This document shows, in pieces, positions 35,462 to 45,343 of a DNA stretch of 64,000 nucleotides. Position numbers and translations under genes: made by a program. The notes below the pieces were generated by a model. That model had not been told where the DNA came from and made no database searches. It saw nothing but the letters and a program-made list of their open reading frames with translations. The stretch spans positions 2,736 to 66,735 of the forward strand of contig CAJATL010000021.1 in the NCBI GenBank assembly GCA_903944895.1, written 5' to 3'. The DNA is from an uncultured Bacteroidota bacterium. Lineage in GTDB: Bacteria; Bacteroidota; Bacteroidia; Bacteroidales; 4484-276. Position 1 is the stretch's first letter. Every line of letters begins with the position of its first letter.

Positions 35462-38047
35462 ATGAAATTCAGAACATTACTCGTTGTAATCATTACAACA
35501 CTTGCATTTTCTTCGCTCACTGCTCAAAATCTTAATTTTAGGACTGAACCGGCTCAACTTTTCAACGATAAAGGAGAGATTTATTTTAAGTTTGAAGCCT
35601 CCGGTTTGGATGTCAATCACCTAACAAGAATTATTTCGGTTGATAAAATCGAAAACTCCGAAATATGGGCGTATGCGAATTTGAAAGAATTCACTTCTTT
35701 TTTGAAATTGAATGTTGATTTTACGCTGTTGCCTAAACCTGGCGAGGCCCTCAAAGATCCTAAAATGCTTAATTCGGTAAATATCCGTGAGATCACCGAA
35801 TGGGATTTTTACCCTACTTACACGGCTTATGTTGACATGATGAATCAGTTTGAAACTGACTATCCGCAGCTTTGCCAGGTTTCGAGCATCGGAACAACCG
35901 TGGAAGGCAGGCAACTTCTGATGGCTAAGATTTCTGATAATGTTGCTGTTAAGGAAGCAGAACCACAATTTTTGTTCACCGGAACAATCCACGGTGACGA
36001 AACCACCGGCTACATTCTTTTTCTGCGTTTGATCGATTATCTGCTTTCAAATTATGGAATTCTCCCTGATGTAAATTATCTGGTTGATAATGTCGAAATC
36101 TGGATAAACCCGCTTTCCAACCCTGACGGTACATACGCTGGCGGAAATAATACGGTCAACGGAGCCACAAGGTACAATGCCAATTATGTTGACATGAATC
36201 GTAATTACGCTGATCCTGAAGATGGTCAACACCCGGATGGTGAAGAATGGCAGCCAGAAACAGTTGCGTTTATGCAATTTGCCGAGAACAACAATTTTGT
36301 GATGTCGGGGAATACGCATGGCGGCGCTGAAGTGTTGAATTATCCCTGGGATACCTGGTCGAGGCTTGCAGCCGATAATAGCTGGTGGGTTTTTGTGTGT
36401 CGCCAATATGTTGATACAGTGCACCTTTATTCGCCCTCGAATTATTTAAATGAGTTCGAAAATGGAATTACAAACGGCTATGCCTGGTACAGCATCAGCG
36501 GCGGAAGGCAGGATTATATGAATTATTTCCACAATTGCCGTGAGCTAACCATGGAGATATCAAACACAAAATTATTGCCAACGAATCAGCTTCAAAATCA
36601 CTGGAATTACAATTATCGGTCCTTGCTAAACTATATCGAGCAATCGACTTTTGGGATTAAGGGAATTGTTACCGAAATTGGAACAGGTTTACCACTGGAA
36701 GCAAAAGTTTATATCGAAGGCCACGATCTCGACAATTCATTTGTTTTTTCAGAAAGTACTACTGGTTTTTATCAGCGTTTGTTGGATCAAGGAACCTATG
36801 ATCTGACCTTTTCAGCGCCCGGTCATTACCCGGTAACAGTCGAAAATGTTGTGGTTTCGCGATATAATGCAACAACTGTTAATGTTCAACTGGATGCAGG
36901 CACTTTAATTGCTGATTTCTCAGCGTCAGCTACAACGGTTTCTGTTGGCGGGCAGGTCAACTTTACAGATGAATCTTTCGGAGGTCCCGTGTCCTGGCTG
37001 TGGGAATTTGAGGGAGCAACACCATCAACATCTACTCAAAAAGATCCTCAGGGAATAAGTTATCCGCAAACCGGAACTTTTGATGTTTCACTCACTGTGA
37101 CCAACTCAGCCGGAACTTCGGTTGACATCGTTAAAAATAATTACATTTCGGTAAATGCCGAATTTTTGATGAATAATCAGGCAGTAACTACCTGTGAAGG
37201 TTTGTTTCTGGATTCAGGTGGAAACCAGGGAAATTATGGTGATGATGAGGATTTCACCAAGACTTTTTATCCTGGTAATCCGGAAGCGAATATCATCGTC
37301 GAATTCCAGTTGTTTGATGTTGAGTATAACGCTACCTGCAACTACGACTGGCTAAAGATTTACAATGGCACATCCGTAACTGCGCCGTTGATAGGAACAT
37401 TTTGCGGGACAAATTCACCTGGAACCATCCAGGCTGACAACGCTTCCGGTGCACTCACATTTCGGTTTCATTCCGATTATTCAGAAAATTACCAGGGCTG
37501 GAAAGCGTTGATAAGTTGCAGCAGTGTGCCATTACTGCCGGTTGCCAATTTTGAAGCCGACACAACACATATCCGCATGGGTGAAACCATTCATTTTACT
37601 GACCTTACGGCCAACAATCCAACAAACTGGGCATGGGTTTTCGAAGGAGGAACACCAGCATCGTCGAGTGAGCAAAACCCGGCAATTCTGTATGAAGAGC
37701 CAGGAATTTATGATGTTACGCTTATTGTTCAAAACCAGTTTGGTTCCGATACAAAAATTGTTCAGAATTATATAACCGTGGATAGCACCATTGGAATTGA
37801 TGAGTTGCTCAAGGAAGGCATCAGGGTTTTCCCAAATCCGGTAACCGAAGGAATCCTGACCATTTCAGCCCCACAAAATATTTATGAAGTCCGGGTATTT
37901 GATTTCACAGGAAAATCAATCGTTAAAATGTGGCCTGACAGCAAAGAGGTTTTTCTCTCGACAAGTTCCCTCCCAAAAGGAATTTATCTGTTACAGGTTT
38001 TTACGGACAAAGCGTGGGTAACCACCAAAATTAATATTCTCAATTAG
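35462..38047 (+). CDS. Secreted M14 zinc carboxypeptidase with regulatory-like domain, two PKD domains, a CUB-like domain and T9SS type-A sorting tail
   Basis: Signal peptide. M14 motifs are TGTIHGDETTG and the NTHGGAEV region. PKD-like segments are WLWEFEGATPSTS and WAWVFEGGTPASS. The CUB-like block spans 37190-37520. The C-terminus is VFPNPVTEGILTI...KGIYLLQV. Confidence 0.85.
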   Translation: MKFRTLLVVIITTLAFSSLTAQNLNFRTEPAQLFNDKGEIYFKFEASGLDVNHLTRIISVDKIENSEIWAYANLKEFTSFLKLNVDFTLLPKPGEALKDPKMLNSVNIREITEWDFYPTYTAYVDMMNQFETDYPQLCQVSSIGTTVEGRQLLMAKISDNVAVKEAEPQFLFTGTIHGDETTGYILFLRLIDYLLSNYGILPDVNYLVDNVEIWINPLSNPDGTYAGGNNTVNGATRYNANYVDMNRNYADPEDGQHPDGEEWQPETVAFMQFAENNNFVMSGNTHGGAEVLNYPWDTWSRLAADNSWWVFVCRQYVDTVHLYSPSNYLNEFENGITNGYAWYSISGGRQDYMNYFHNCRELTMEISNTKLLPTNQLQNHWNYNYRSLLNYIEQSTFGIKGIVTEIGTGLPLEAKVYIEGHDLDNSFVFSESTTGFYQRLLDQGTYDLTFSAPGHYPVTVENVVVSRYNATTVNVQLDAGTLIADFSASATTVSVGGQVNFTDESFGGPVSWLWEFEGATPSTSTQKDPQGISYPQTGTFDVSLTVTNSAGTSVDIVKNNYISVNAEFLMNNQAVTTCEGLFLDSGGNQGNYGDDEDFTKTFYPGNPEANIIVEFQLFDVEYNATCNYDWLKIYNGTSVTAPLIGTFCGTNSPGTIQADNASGALTFRFHSDYSENYQGWKALISCSSVPLLPVANFEADTTHIRMGETIHFTDLTANNPTNWAWVFEGGTPASSSEQNPAILYEEPGIYDVTLIVQNQFGSDTKIVQNYITVDSTIGIDELLKEGIRVFPNPVTEGILTISAPQNIYEVRVFDFTGKSIVKMWPDSKEVFLSTSSLPKGIYLLQVFTDKAWVTTKINILN

Positions 38048-38075
38048 GCATTTCAACCAGATCAAAGCCCCGCAA

Positions 38076-39578
38076 ATGAAAAAATACCTGCTCGAAGCTA
38101 TTGTTTTTGTTTGCGGGGCTTTGGTGATGGTTTTCGAACTCGTTGGAGCCAGGATTCTTGGCCCATACGCCGGCACTTCACTTTTTGTCTGGACAAGCCT
38201 CATCGGAATCATTCTTGGCAGTTTAAGCCTGGGGTATTTTTTTGGAGGAAAAGTTTCAGACAGGCACCCCGATTACGTCTATTTTGGATTGATCATTCTT
38301 CTGGCAGGAATCGCAATTTTAGCAACTGCCATTTCCAAAGACTTTGTGTTGCGGTATTTGTCGGTAAGAATTTTTGATATCCGCTGGCTTGCAGTAGTTT
38401 CATCAATTGTTTTATTTGCTCCCGGCAGTTTTTTTATGGGGATGGTTTCGCCTTTTGGCGTGAAACTCAAACTCCAGGTTCTCGAAAAAACCGGTTCGAC
38501 TGCGGGAAACCTCTATGCGATTTCGACTATAGGGAGTATCGCCGGGACTTTTGCAGCCGGTTTTTACCTGATTCCTGCTTTCGGTTCCTCAAGCCTGGTT
38601 TATTTTATTTCGTTAGTCCTGATAGCATGCGCGCTGTTGATTTTTGTTTCGATTAAAAAATGGATTGAGGTAATATTCGCAGTCATTTTTTTGGTGGTAA
38701 ATATTTATTTTTATCAGCGGTCGGTTTTAAAAAATCAAAGTTATGTTGATGTCGATACTTCATACAACCGGGTGATGATTTATGACACCAAAGATTCGAA
38801 AACAGGTAAACCTGTGAAGATTATGAGGATTAACGACGAACGCAGCTCAGCCATGTTTTTGGATGATGACGGGCTGGTTTTTCAATATCTGAAATATTAC
38901 GATCTGGTTTCATATTATAACCCTGATTTTCGAAAAACTTTGATGATAGGAGGCTCAGCATACGCTTATCCAAAGCATTTTATCAAAAAATACCCGTCAA
39001 AAGAAATTGATGTTGTCGAAATTGATGCGCAGCTTACTGAGCTGGCAAAAGCACATTTCGGGTTGGTCGAAAATCCGAAGCTTGGAATTTTCCATGAAGA
39101 TGCCCGCACATTCTTCAATCACAACACCAAAAAATATGATGCCATTTTTATTGATGTTTTTAATTCGCAGTTTACGCTGCCATTTCAGCTCACCACCCTC
39201 GAATTTGTTCAACATCAATACAACGCACTAAACGAAAATGGGCTGGTTATCGTAAATATTATCTCTTCAATCAGGCATAAAAGCAACGAATTTCTATTAT
39301 CAGAGGCGAAAACATTCCGGGAGGTTTTTCCAAAAGTTGAATATTTCGCTGTTGCCGATCCAAAAAATGACACGCTGGTTCAGAATATCATGTTGATTGC
39401 TTTCAGGAATAATCAGATCAATACTGCACCAATGAGCCAGGATAGCCTTTTCGGTGCTTTTCTAGCCAATAAAATTGAGTTAAATATTCCCGGTGAAATT
39501 TCATTGCTTACCGACGATTACGCCCCGGTTGAATACTTCGTAAGCAAAATGATCAGTCACTATTATGGGGTTGACTAA
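38076..39578 (+). CDS. Fused polytopic-membrane / spermidine-synthase-like protein
   Basis: About 7 N-terminal TM helices followed by an aminopropyltransferase-like domain (MIGGSAYAYP, VVEIDAQL, DAIFIDVFN). Confidence 0.78.
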   Translation: MKKYLLEAIVFVCGALVMVFELVGARILGPYAGTSLFVWTSLIGIILGSLSLGYFFGGKVSDRHPDYVYFGLIILLAGIAILATAISKDFVLRYLSVRIFDIRWLAVVSSIVLFAPGSFFMGMVSPFGVKLKLQVLEKTGSTAGNLYAISTIGSIAGTFAAGFYLIPAFGSSSLVYFISLVLIACALLIFVSIKKWIEVIFAVIFLVVNIYFYQRSVLKNQSYVDVDTSYNRVMIYDTKDSKTGKPVKIMRINDERSSAMFLDDDGLVFQYLKYYDLVSYYNPDFRKTLMIGGSAYAYPKHFIKKYPSKEIDVVEIDAQLTELAKAHFGLVENPKLGIFHEDARTFFNHNTKKYDAIFIDVFNSQFTLPFQLTTLEFVQHQYNALNENGLVIVNIISSIRHKSNEFLLSEAKTFREVFPKVEYFAVADPKNDTLVQNIMLIAFRNNQINTAPMSQDSLFGAFLANKIELNIPGEISLLTDDYAPVEYFVSKMISHYYGVD

Positions 39579-40411
39579 CCCAGGGGGATTCCGATTTCAA
39601 GCACAACGCGGATTAACACGAGTGCAATTCCAGCCATAAGAATTCCGGTTTTATCTAACGAAATCTTAAATGGAAATTCTTCAAAATACAAAGTTGGAAA
39701 AGTATTATACCTCAAAAGTACCGGTATCATTATCAAAACGTAGGTAAGCAGGATGAATAATTCGTAAAAATTAATTTTAGGGATTTTGGAAAGAATAATG
39801 ATGGCTGTGCCAACGATGAGTGGAACCACTATCTGGGCAAAAACAAAGAAGGTACGGTTATGTTCGTTTAGCTCCATAAAATATGAATTAGCCGAAAACA
39901 GGAAGCCTCTGGTGCTGTAAGCTGCAATAAACAGCATTATTGCAATCGACAGCAGCGAAATAATCAGTTTCCCGGTATCCAGCAGGTAAAAGTACATCAC
40001 CACATAACCAAATCCTTTATCCAGAAGGGTTCCGGCAAGTACAGCGCCAAAAAACCAAACTACTCCATGAATGAAACACCACAAAAAGAAAACTTTAAAT
40101 TTCATGGTATTTTCGGTCATTCCAAAATAAACAAAGAAAAAAATGACACCAACAATCAATGATAAAACTGGGGCAAGGCTGAATAGAAGTTTTACGGCAT
40201 CAGGTGTCCAGGAATAGGTGTCGATGGTATAAACGAGCTTGTGATAATACAGGACACTGGTGTAGTCGAATTGCATGGCAGCAACAGCCACAGCCAGTTG
40301 ACCGAGGAGGTACATGAAGTAAAATGAGAGAATAAAATAGGCGGTCGAATTAAGAATGATGGTGATAAAGTTTGAGACTGTTCGTTTGTTTCTGTCGAGT
40401 AATTCATCCAT
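39575..40411 (-). CDS. Polytopic membrane protein, function unknown
   Basis: 278 aa and about 7-8 hydrophobic helices. Its 3' end overlaps the convergent gene by 4 nt. I recognise no motif. Confidence 0.5.
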   Translation of the reverse strand: MDELLDRNKRTVSNFITIILNSTAYFILSFYFMYLLGQLAVAVAAMQFDYTSVLYYHKLVYTIDTYSWTPDAVKLLFSLAPVLSLIVGVIFFFVYFGMTENTMKFKVFFLWCFIHGVVWFFGAVLAGTLLDKGFGYVVMYFYLLDTGKLIISLLSIAIMLFIAAYSTRGFLFSANSYFMELNEHNRTFFVFAQIVVPLIVGTAIIILSKIPKINFYELFILLTYVLIMIPVLLRYNTFPTLYFEEFPFKISLDKTGILMAGIALVLIRVVLEIGIPLG

Positions 40412-40446
40412 ATTGTTTTGTTACCTGAAAAATGAGTTGCAAATAT

Positions 40447-40479
40447 AGAAAAACCCATGAAGTTGTCATGGGTTTTTCT
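40447..40479 (-). terminator. Bidirectional hairpin terminator
   Basis: AAACCCATGA-agttg-TCATGGGTTT flanked by A-runs and T-runs on both sides. It sits between the start of gene 39575-40411 and the stop of gene 40501-41754. Confidence 0.7.
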
Positions 40480-40500
40480 GATTATCGCAATAAAAGTAAT

Positions 40501-41754
40501 TTACATAAAATCCTGTGCATTCACCATTTCACCTGATGAATATTTACCTTCATCAAGGTTTTTCTTAATTTTTGAGAATGCATCGATGGTGTAATCAACA
40601 TCTTCGAACGAGTGCACGGCTGTTGGGATCAGGCGGAGCATGATCAAACCCTTCGGAATTACCGGATAAGAAACGATTGAACAGAAAATATTAAAGTTCT
40701 CTCTAAGATCAAAAGTAATTTGCATGGCTTCAGGAACACCCCCCTGGAAAAATACAGGCGTTACAGGCGATTCAGTATTTCCAATATCAAAACCTTTTTC
40801 TTTGAGGCCGTTTTGAAGTTTTGCCACGATTTTCCAAAGGTTTTCACGAAGCCCTGTTTCGGTCTGAACCAGTTCGAGCCTTTTAAGCGAACCAATAACC
40901 ATGGCCATTGGCAATGCTTTTGCATAAATCTGCGAACGAAGATTGTATCTCAGATAATCGATAATAACCTTGTTACTGGCAACGAAACCACCGATTCCTG
41001 CCATTGTTTTGGCAAAAGTTCCAAAATAAAGGTCAATGTCGTCCATAACACCCAAATGTTCGGAAGTGCCTCTGCCAGTTGCTCCCATGGTTCCAAAACC
41101 GTGAGCATCGTCTACCAGAATCCTGAAATTGAACTTCTTTTTTAAAGCTACAATTTCTTTCAATTTTCCAAGATCGCCCGACATCCCATAAACGCCTTCG
41201 GTGATCAGTAAAATACCGCCACCGGTCTGGCTGGTCAACTTTTCAGCGCGGGTAAGTTCCTTTTCAAGGTTTTCGATGTTGTTATGAGGATAAACATACC
41301 TTTTTCCGAAATGCAGGCGGCAGCCGTCAATAATGCAGGCATGAGCTTCCGAATCGTAAACAATTACATCTTTCCGGTCAACCAGCGAGTCGATGATCGA
41401 AACCATGCCCTGATATCCGTAATTGAGCAGGAATGCATCTTCTTTTTTCTCGAAAGCTGCAAGTTCGCGCTCCAATTGTTCATGATATTTGGTATGACCC
41501 GACATCATCCTGGCACCCATTGGATAGGCCAGTCCCCATTCTTTTGCTGCTTCGGCATCAACTCTTCTGACTTCAGGATGGTTAGCCAGCCCAAGATAAT
41601 TGTTGATGCTCCAGTTTAACTTTTCTTTACCCAGGAAATTCATGCGTGGGCCTAATTCGCCTTCGAGTTTTGGGAACATAAAATACCCGAACGCTTCCTG
41701 GCTGTATTTGCCTAGTGGGCCAAAATTGGCAGAGATTTTTTCAAAAATATCCAT
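40501..41754 (-). CDS. Alpha-oxoamine synthase family PLP-dependent acyltransferase (BioF/Kbl/serine-palmitoyltransferase-like)
   Basis: 417 aa. NNYLGLANHP, a DDAHG box (VDDAHGFG) and a PLP-lysine context (GTFAKTMAG). The subfamily cannot be assigned by eye. Confidence 0.78.
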   Translation of the reverse strand: MDIFEKISANFGPLGKYSQEAFGYFMFPKLEGELGPRMNFLGKEKLNWSINNYLGLANHPEVRRVDAEAAKEWGLAYPMGARMMSGHTKYHEQLERELAAFEKKEDAFLLNYGYQGMVSIIDSLVDRKDVIVYDSEAHACIIDGCRLHFGKRYVYPHNNIENLEKELTRAEKLTSQTGGGILLITEGVYGMSGDLGKLKEIVALKKKFNFRILVDDAHGFGTMGATGRGTSEHLGVMDDIDLYFGTFAKTMAGIGGFVASNKVIIDYLRYNLRSQIYAKALPMAMVIGSLKRLELVQTETGLRENLWKIVAKLQNGLKEKGFDIGNTESPVTPVFFQGGVPEAMQITFDLRENFNIFCSIVSYPVIPKGLIMLRLIPTAVHSFEDVDYTIDAFSKIKKNLDEGKYSSGEMVNAQDFM

Positions 41755-41929
41755 ATCAATAATTTTTTTTTAAAAAAGTTGTGCAAAACTATAACTAATT
41801 CATTTGATAATAAAATTGAATCAAAATTTAAGTGATTTGGCTGCATCATAACAGAAGGCTTGTGACTGCCGGAAAATATTTGATCAACCCTCACGTTATC
41901 AATTCCATTAAATGTATTAGTTTTGCGCC

Positions 41930-42745
41930 ATGGTTAGAAATTCCTTGTTTTTATTCTCCATTATTGCTTTTATCATGCTGGTTTCGTGTAGTAAGTATCA
42001 AAAAATGCTTAAAAGTACCGACAACGAGTTGAAATATGAAAAAGCTGTCGAATTTTATGAAAAGGGCGATTATTACCGAGCTTTGCAACTTTTCGACGGG
42101 TTAATTCCGGTTTTCAGAGGAACAAATAAAGCTGAGAAATTATATTTTTATTATGCTTACTGTTATTATAATGAGCACGATAACGTGATGGCAAGCTATT
42201 ATTTCGGCAGGTTCGCACAGAGTTTTCCAAACAGTGCATCGGTAGAAGAGGCCATTTTTATGGCTGCGTATTGTAAATATCTCGACAGCCCGCGATACAG
42301 CCTGGACCAGACCATTACCAAAGAAGCAATTAATGAATTGCAGATTTTTATTAACAGATATCCTTACAGTGAGCGTGCAAAGCAGGCAACCTTGCTACTG
42401 GACGAACTCAGGTACAAACTGCAGTTAAAGGATTACAATATTGCTAATATGTATTATAAGATGGAAGACTTTCAGGCTGCTATCGTTTCGTACGAAAATA
42501 TGCTGAAAGCTTATCCTGATACCGATTTCAAAGAAGAAATACTCTACCGGATTATTAAATCGTATTACAATTACGCCATGAAGAGCATCCCCGAAAAGAA
42601 AAAGGAAAGATACGAATCGGCTGTGAAGGCCTATTTCGATTTTATTTCGCTTTATCCCGAAAGTAAGTACTTTAAAGAAGTACAAACGATGAGAGATAAA
42701 GTCGTGAAGGAATTAAAGAATTTTGAACAACAGCAAATACAATAA
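41930..42745 (+). CDS. bamD: Outer-membrane protein assembly factor BamD (TPR lipoprotein)
   Basis: Lipoprotein signal ...IMLVSC followed by YEKAVEFYEKGDYYRALQLFDGLIP and repeated TPR-like helices. 271 aa. Confidence 0.85.
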   Translation: MVRNSLFLFSIIAFIMLVSCSKYQKMLKSTDNELKYEKAVEFYEKGDYYRALQLFDGLIPVFRGTNKAEKLYFYYAYCYYNEHDNVMASYYFGRFAQSFPNSASVEEAIFMAAYCKYLDSPRYSLDQTITKEAINELQIFINRYPYSERAKQATLLLDELRYKLQLKDYNIANMYYKMEDFQAAIVSYENMLKAYPDTDFKEEILYRIIKSYYNYAMKSIPEKKKERYESAVKAYFDFISLYPESKYFKEVQTMRDKVVKELKNFEQQQIQ

Positions 42746-42758
42746 AATTATAAATATC

Positions 42759-43109
42759 ATGGATTACAAAAAACTCAAATCTGACACCACTGCTGTAACT
42801 CGCAGAATGCGTGACTTTAGCAAAGGTACTGGAAACATTTACGAAACATGTGCAGTTTTATCAAAAAGGGCAAACCAGATTTCTTTAGAGGTTAAAGAAG
42901 AACTGAATAAAAAAATCTCTGAGTTTTCTACTTCAAATGATAACCTCGAGGAAGTATTTGAAAACCGTGAACAGATCGAAATTGCCAAATTTTATGAAAA
43001 GTTGTCGAAACCAACTTTAATTGCGGTACATGAATTTTTAAACGACCAGATTTATTACAGGAATCCTTCAAGGGAAGCTGCCAAGCTTGAAGGCAAATCA
43101 TTTGAGTAA
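42759..43109 (+). CDS. rpoZ: DNA-directed RNA polymerase subunit omega (Bacteroidota type)
   Basis: Start trimmed to MDYKKLKSDTTAV. NIYETCAVLSKRANQISLEVKEEL resembles the Bacteroidota omega subunit. The conserved gene order bamD-rpoZ-coaBC supports the call. Confidence 0.7.
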   Translation: MDYKKLKSDTTAVTRRMRDFSKGTGNIYETCAVLSKRANQISLEVKEELNKKISEFSTSNDNLEEVFENREQIEIAKFYEKLSKPTLIAVHEFLNDQIYYRNPSREAAKLEGKSFE

Positions 43110-43112
43110 ACT

Positions 43113-44312
43113 TTGCTTAAAGGAAAAAAAATATTAATCGGGATAACAGGAAGCATTGCTGCTTACAAAATTCCCTTGCTGGTAAGGCTTTTCGTCAGGG
43201 AAGGCGCTGAAGTCCAGGTTGTCATGACCGAAAATGCAAGGGATTTCGTTACTCCGTTAACACTTTCGACCATATCAAAACGACCCGTTTTTACTTTTCC
43301 TTTTAATGAAGTTGACGGGACCTGGAATAGCCATGTTGACATGGGAAATTGGGCTGATCTGATGATTATTGCACCTGCCTCGGCTGCCACTTTAAGTAAG
43401 ATGGCTTCGGGAATGGCTGATAACTTGTTGGTAACAACTTATCTTTCGGCCAAGTGCCCCGTTTTTTTCGCGCCTGCCATGGACCTCGACATGTACAAGC
43501 ATCCAACCACGGCAGCAAATGTTCAGAAATTAGTATCATTTGGACATCAACTCATCGAGCCGCAGGTTGGCGAACTTGCCAGCGGGCTTTGTGGCGCTGG
43601 CAGAATGGAAGAACCCGAGAATATTCTTGACGCAGTTACAAAATACTTTAATAAAAAGCAGCATCTGTCGGGTAAAAATATCCTGATTACGGCTGGTCCA
43701 ACTTACGAATACATCGATCCTGTAAGATTTATCGGTAACTTTTCATCCGGACAAATGGGTTACGCCCTTGCCATCGAAGCTGCAGAGCGCGGCGCTAAAG
43801 TTACATTGGTTTCCGGGCCTGTTAATCTCACAATCAGCCATCCCAATATCAGGTTAATTAATGTTGTTTCTGCATCAGAAATGTACGATGCAGCACTCGC
43901 AGCTTTCGCTGAAAGCCAGATTACGATCATGGCGGCTGCTGTGGCTGATTTTACACCAGAGAAAAAATCTGATCATAAGATTAAGAAGGAGCATGCTTTG
44001 AAGTCCATTATCCTGGTTCCAACAAAAGATATTCTTGCCGCTGCCGGAAAATTGAAACAAGCAGATCAGATTTTAGTTGGGTTTGCCCTGGAAACGGATC
44101 AGGAGATCGAAAACGCCCGTAAGAAGTTGCAAAATAAAAATCTTGATCTTATCGTTTTGAACTCACTAAATAATCCCGGGGCGGGTTTTGGTGTGAATAC
44201 CAACAAAATCAGTATTTTGGATAAATCAGGAAATCAGAATGATTACCCGTTAAAACCCAAAACCGAAGTCGCCAGTGATATTTTAGATAGGATATCGGAA
44301 TTGATTAAATAA
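43113..44312 (+). CDS. coaBC: Bifunctional phosphopantothenoylcysteine decarboxylase / phosphopantothenate-cysteine ligase
   Basis: TTG start. (M)LKGKKILIGITGSIAAYKIP, PAMDLDMY, and in the C-terminal CoaB half ITAGPTYEYIDPVRFIGNFSSGQMG. Confidence 0.93.
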   Translation: MLKGKKILIGITGSIAAYKIPLLVRLFVREGAEVQVVMTENARDFVTPLTLSTISKRPVFTFPFNEVDGTWNSHVDMGNWADLMIIAPASAATLSKMASGMADNLLVTTYLSAKCPVFFAPAMDLDMYKHPTTAANVQKLVSFGHQLIEPQVGELASGLCGAGRMEEPENILDAVTKYFNKKQHLSGKNILITAGPTYEYIDPVRFIGNFSSGQMGYALAIEAAERGAKVTLVSGPVNLTISHPNIRLINVVSASEMYDAALAAFAESQITIMAAAVADFTPEKKSDHKIKKEHALKSIILVPTKDILAAAGKLKQADQILVGFALETDQEIENARKKLQNKNLDLIVLNSLNNPGAGFGVNTNKISILDKSGNQNDYPLKPKTEVASDILDRISELIK

Positions 44313-44353
44313 TTTTAACTCCTGAAATAAGCTTGCAGAAATCAAAATTTAAT

Positions 44354-45265
44354 ATGCGAAACATCATCATTGGAATATGTTTGTTTTTTGTTTTCTCATC
44401 AAACCTAAAACTTAAAGCTCAGGAATTTAACTGCTCGGTTCAGGTTTCGGCTCCGCAAATTCAGCAAACCAACAAGGAAAAGTTTCAGGAACTGCGCAAA
44501 GGATTATACGAATTTATCAACGAAAAACACTGGACGCAGTATTCCTACACCATCGATGAGCGCATCGAATGTACCATTGCCATCACCATAACCGAAGAGA
44601 TTTCGTCGGACGAATTTAAAGGTAAGATTAATCTTGTGTTACGCCGGCCTGTTTACGGCACTTCCTACAATTCGACGCTGCTCAATTATGTTGATAACGA
44701 TTTCGATTTTCAATGGCAGGAGGGGCAATCGCTCGATTTTAATGAAAGCACGTTTTCATCCAACCTTACTTCTACCATAGCTTATTACATTTATATTTTT
44801 CTTGGTTTCGATTTCGATTCATACAGCATGTTGGGGGGATCGCCCTATTTTGAAAAAGCATCGACTATTGTGAATTCAGCTCAGGGCGCACGCGAAAAGG
44901 GATGGAAGGCTTTCGAAGGAATGAAAAACCGTTACTGGCTTAGCGAAAACCTCAACAATTCGTCCTATGCCGACATTCGTCGCGCAATGTACGAGTATCA
45001 CCGTAAAGGCCTCGACCTGATGCAGGGAAATATGGAAAAAGGCCGGCAGGGTGTGATGAATGCGCTGGAGATGTTACAGAAGGCCTATCGCGAAAAGCCA
45101 AGATTGTACCTCCTTCAGTTTGTGATGGACGCCAAGCGCGAAGAGATGATCAACATTTTTTCGCAGGCAGCCCCGATGGATAAAACCAAAGCTGTGAATA
45201 TCCTTTCGGAAATTGATGCTTCAAAAGCCAGCGAATATCAAAAAATTCTAACCACAGGTCAATAA
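44354..45265 (+). CDS. DUF4835 family protein (annotated in some genomes as T9SS protein PorD)
   Basis: Start trimmed to MRNIIIGICLFFVF (signal). FNCSVQV...INEKHWT resembles the typical DUF4835 start, and the gene order coaBC-DUF4835-recN is conserved. The PorD naming is from memory. Confidence 0.65.
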   Translation: MRNIIIGICLFFVFSSNLKLKAQEFNCSVQVSAPQIQQTNKEKFQELRKGLYEFINEKHWTQYSYTIDERIECTIAITITEEISSDEFKGKINLVLRRPVYGTSYNSTLLNYVDNDFDFQWQEGQSLDFNESTFSSNLTSTIAYYIYIFLGFDFDSYSMLGGSPYFEKASTIVNSAQGAREKGWKAFEGMKNRYWLSENLNNSSYADIRRAMYEYHRKGLDLMQGNMEKGRQGVMNALEMLQKAYREKPRLYLLQFVMDAKREEMINIFSQAAPMDKTKAVNILSEIDASKASEYQKILTTGQ

Positions 45266-45306
45266 TTCTGCTGATTTCTCCTTTCGGCTTAATCATCCTT
45301 TTTACC

Positions 45307-45314
45307 TATTTTTG
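45307..45314 (+). promoter_or_regulatory. -7 promoter box TATTTTTG upstream of recN
   Basis: Matches TAnnTTTG, 30 nt upstream of the TTG start at 45344. Confidence 0.4.
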
Positions 45315-45343
45315 CCACCTTTAAAATGCTAAATAGTTAAAAC

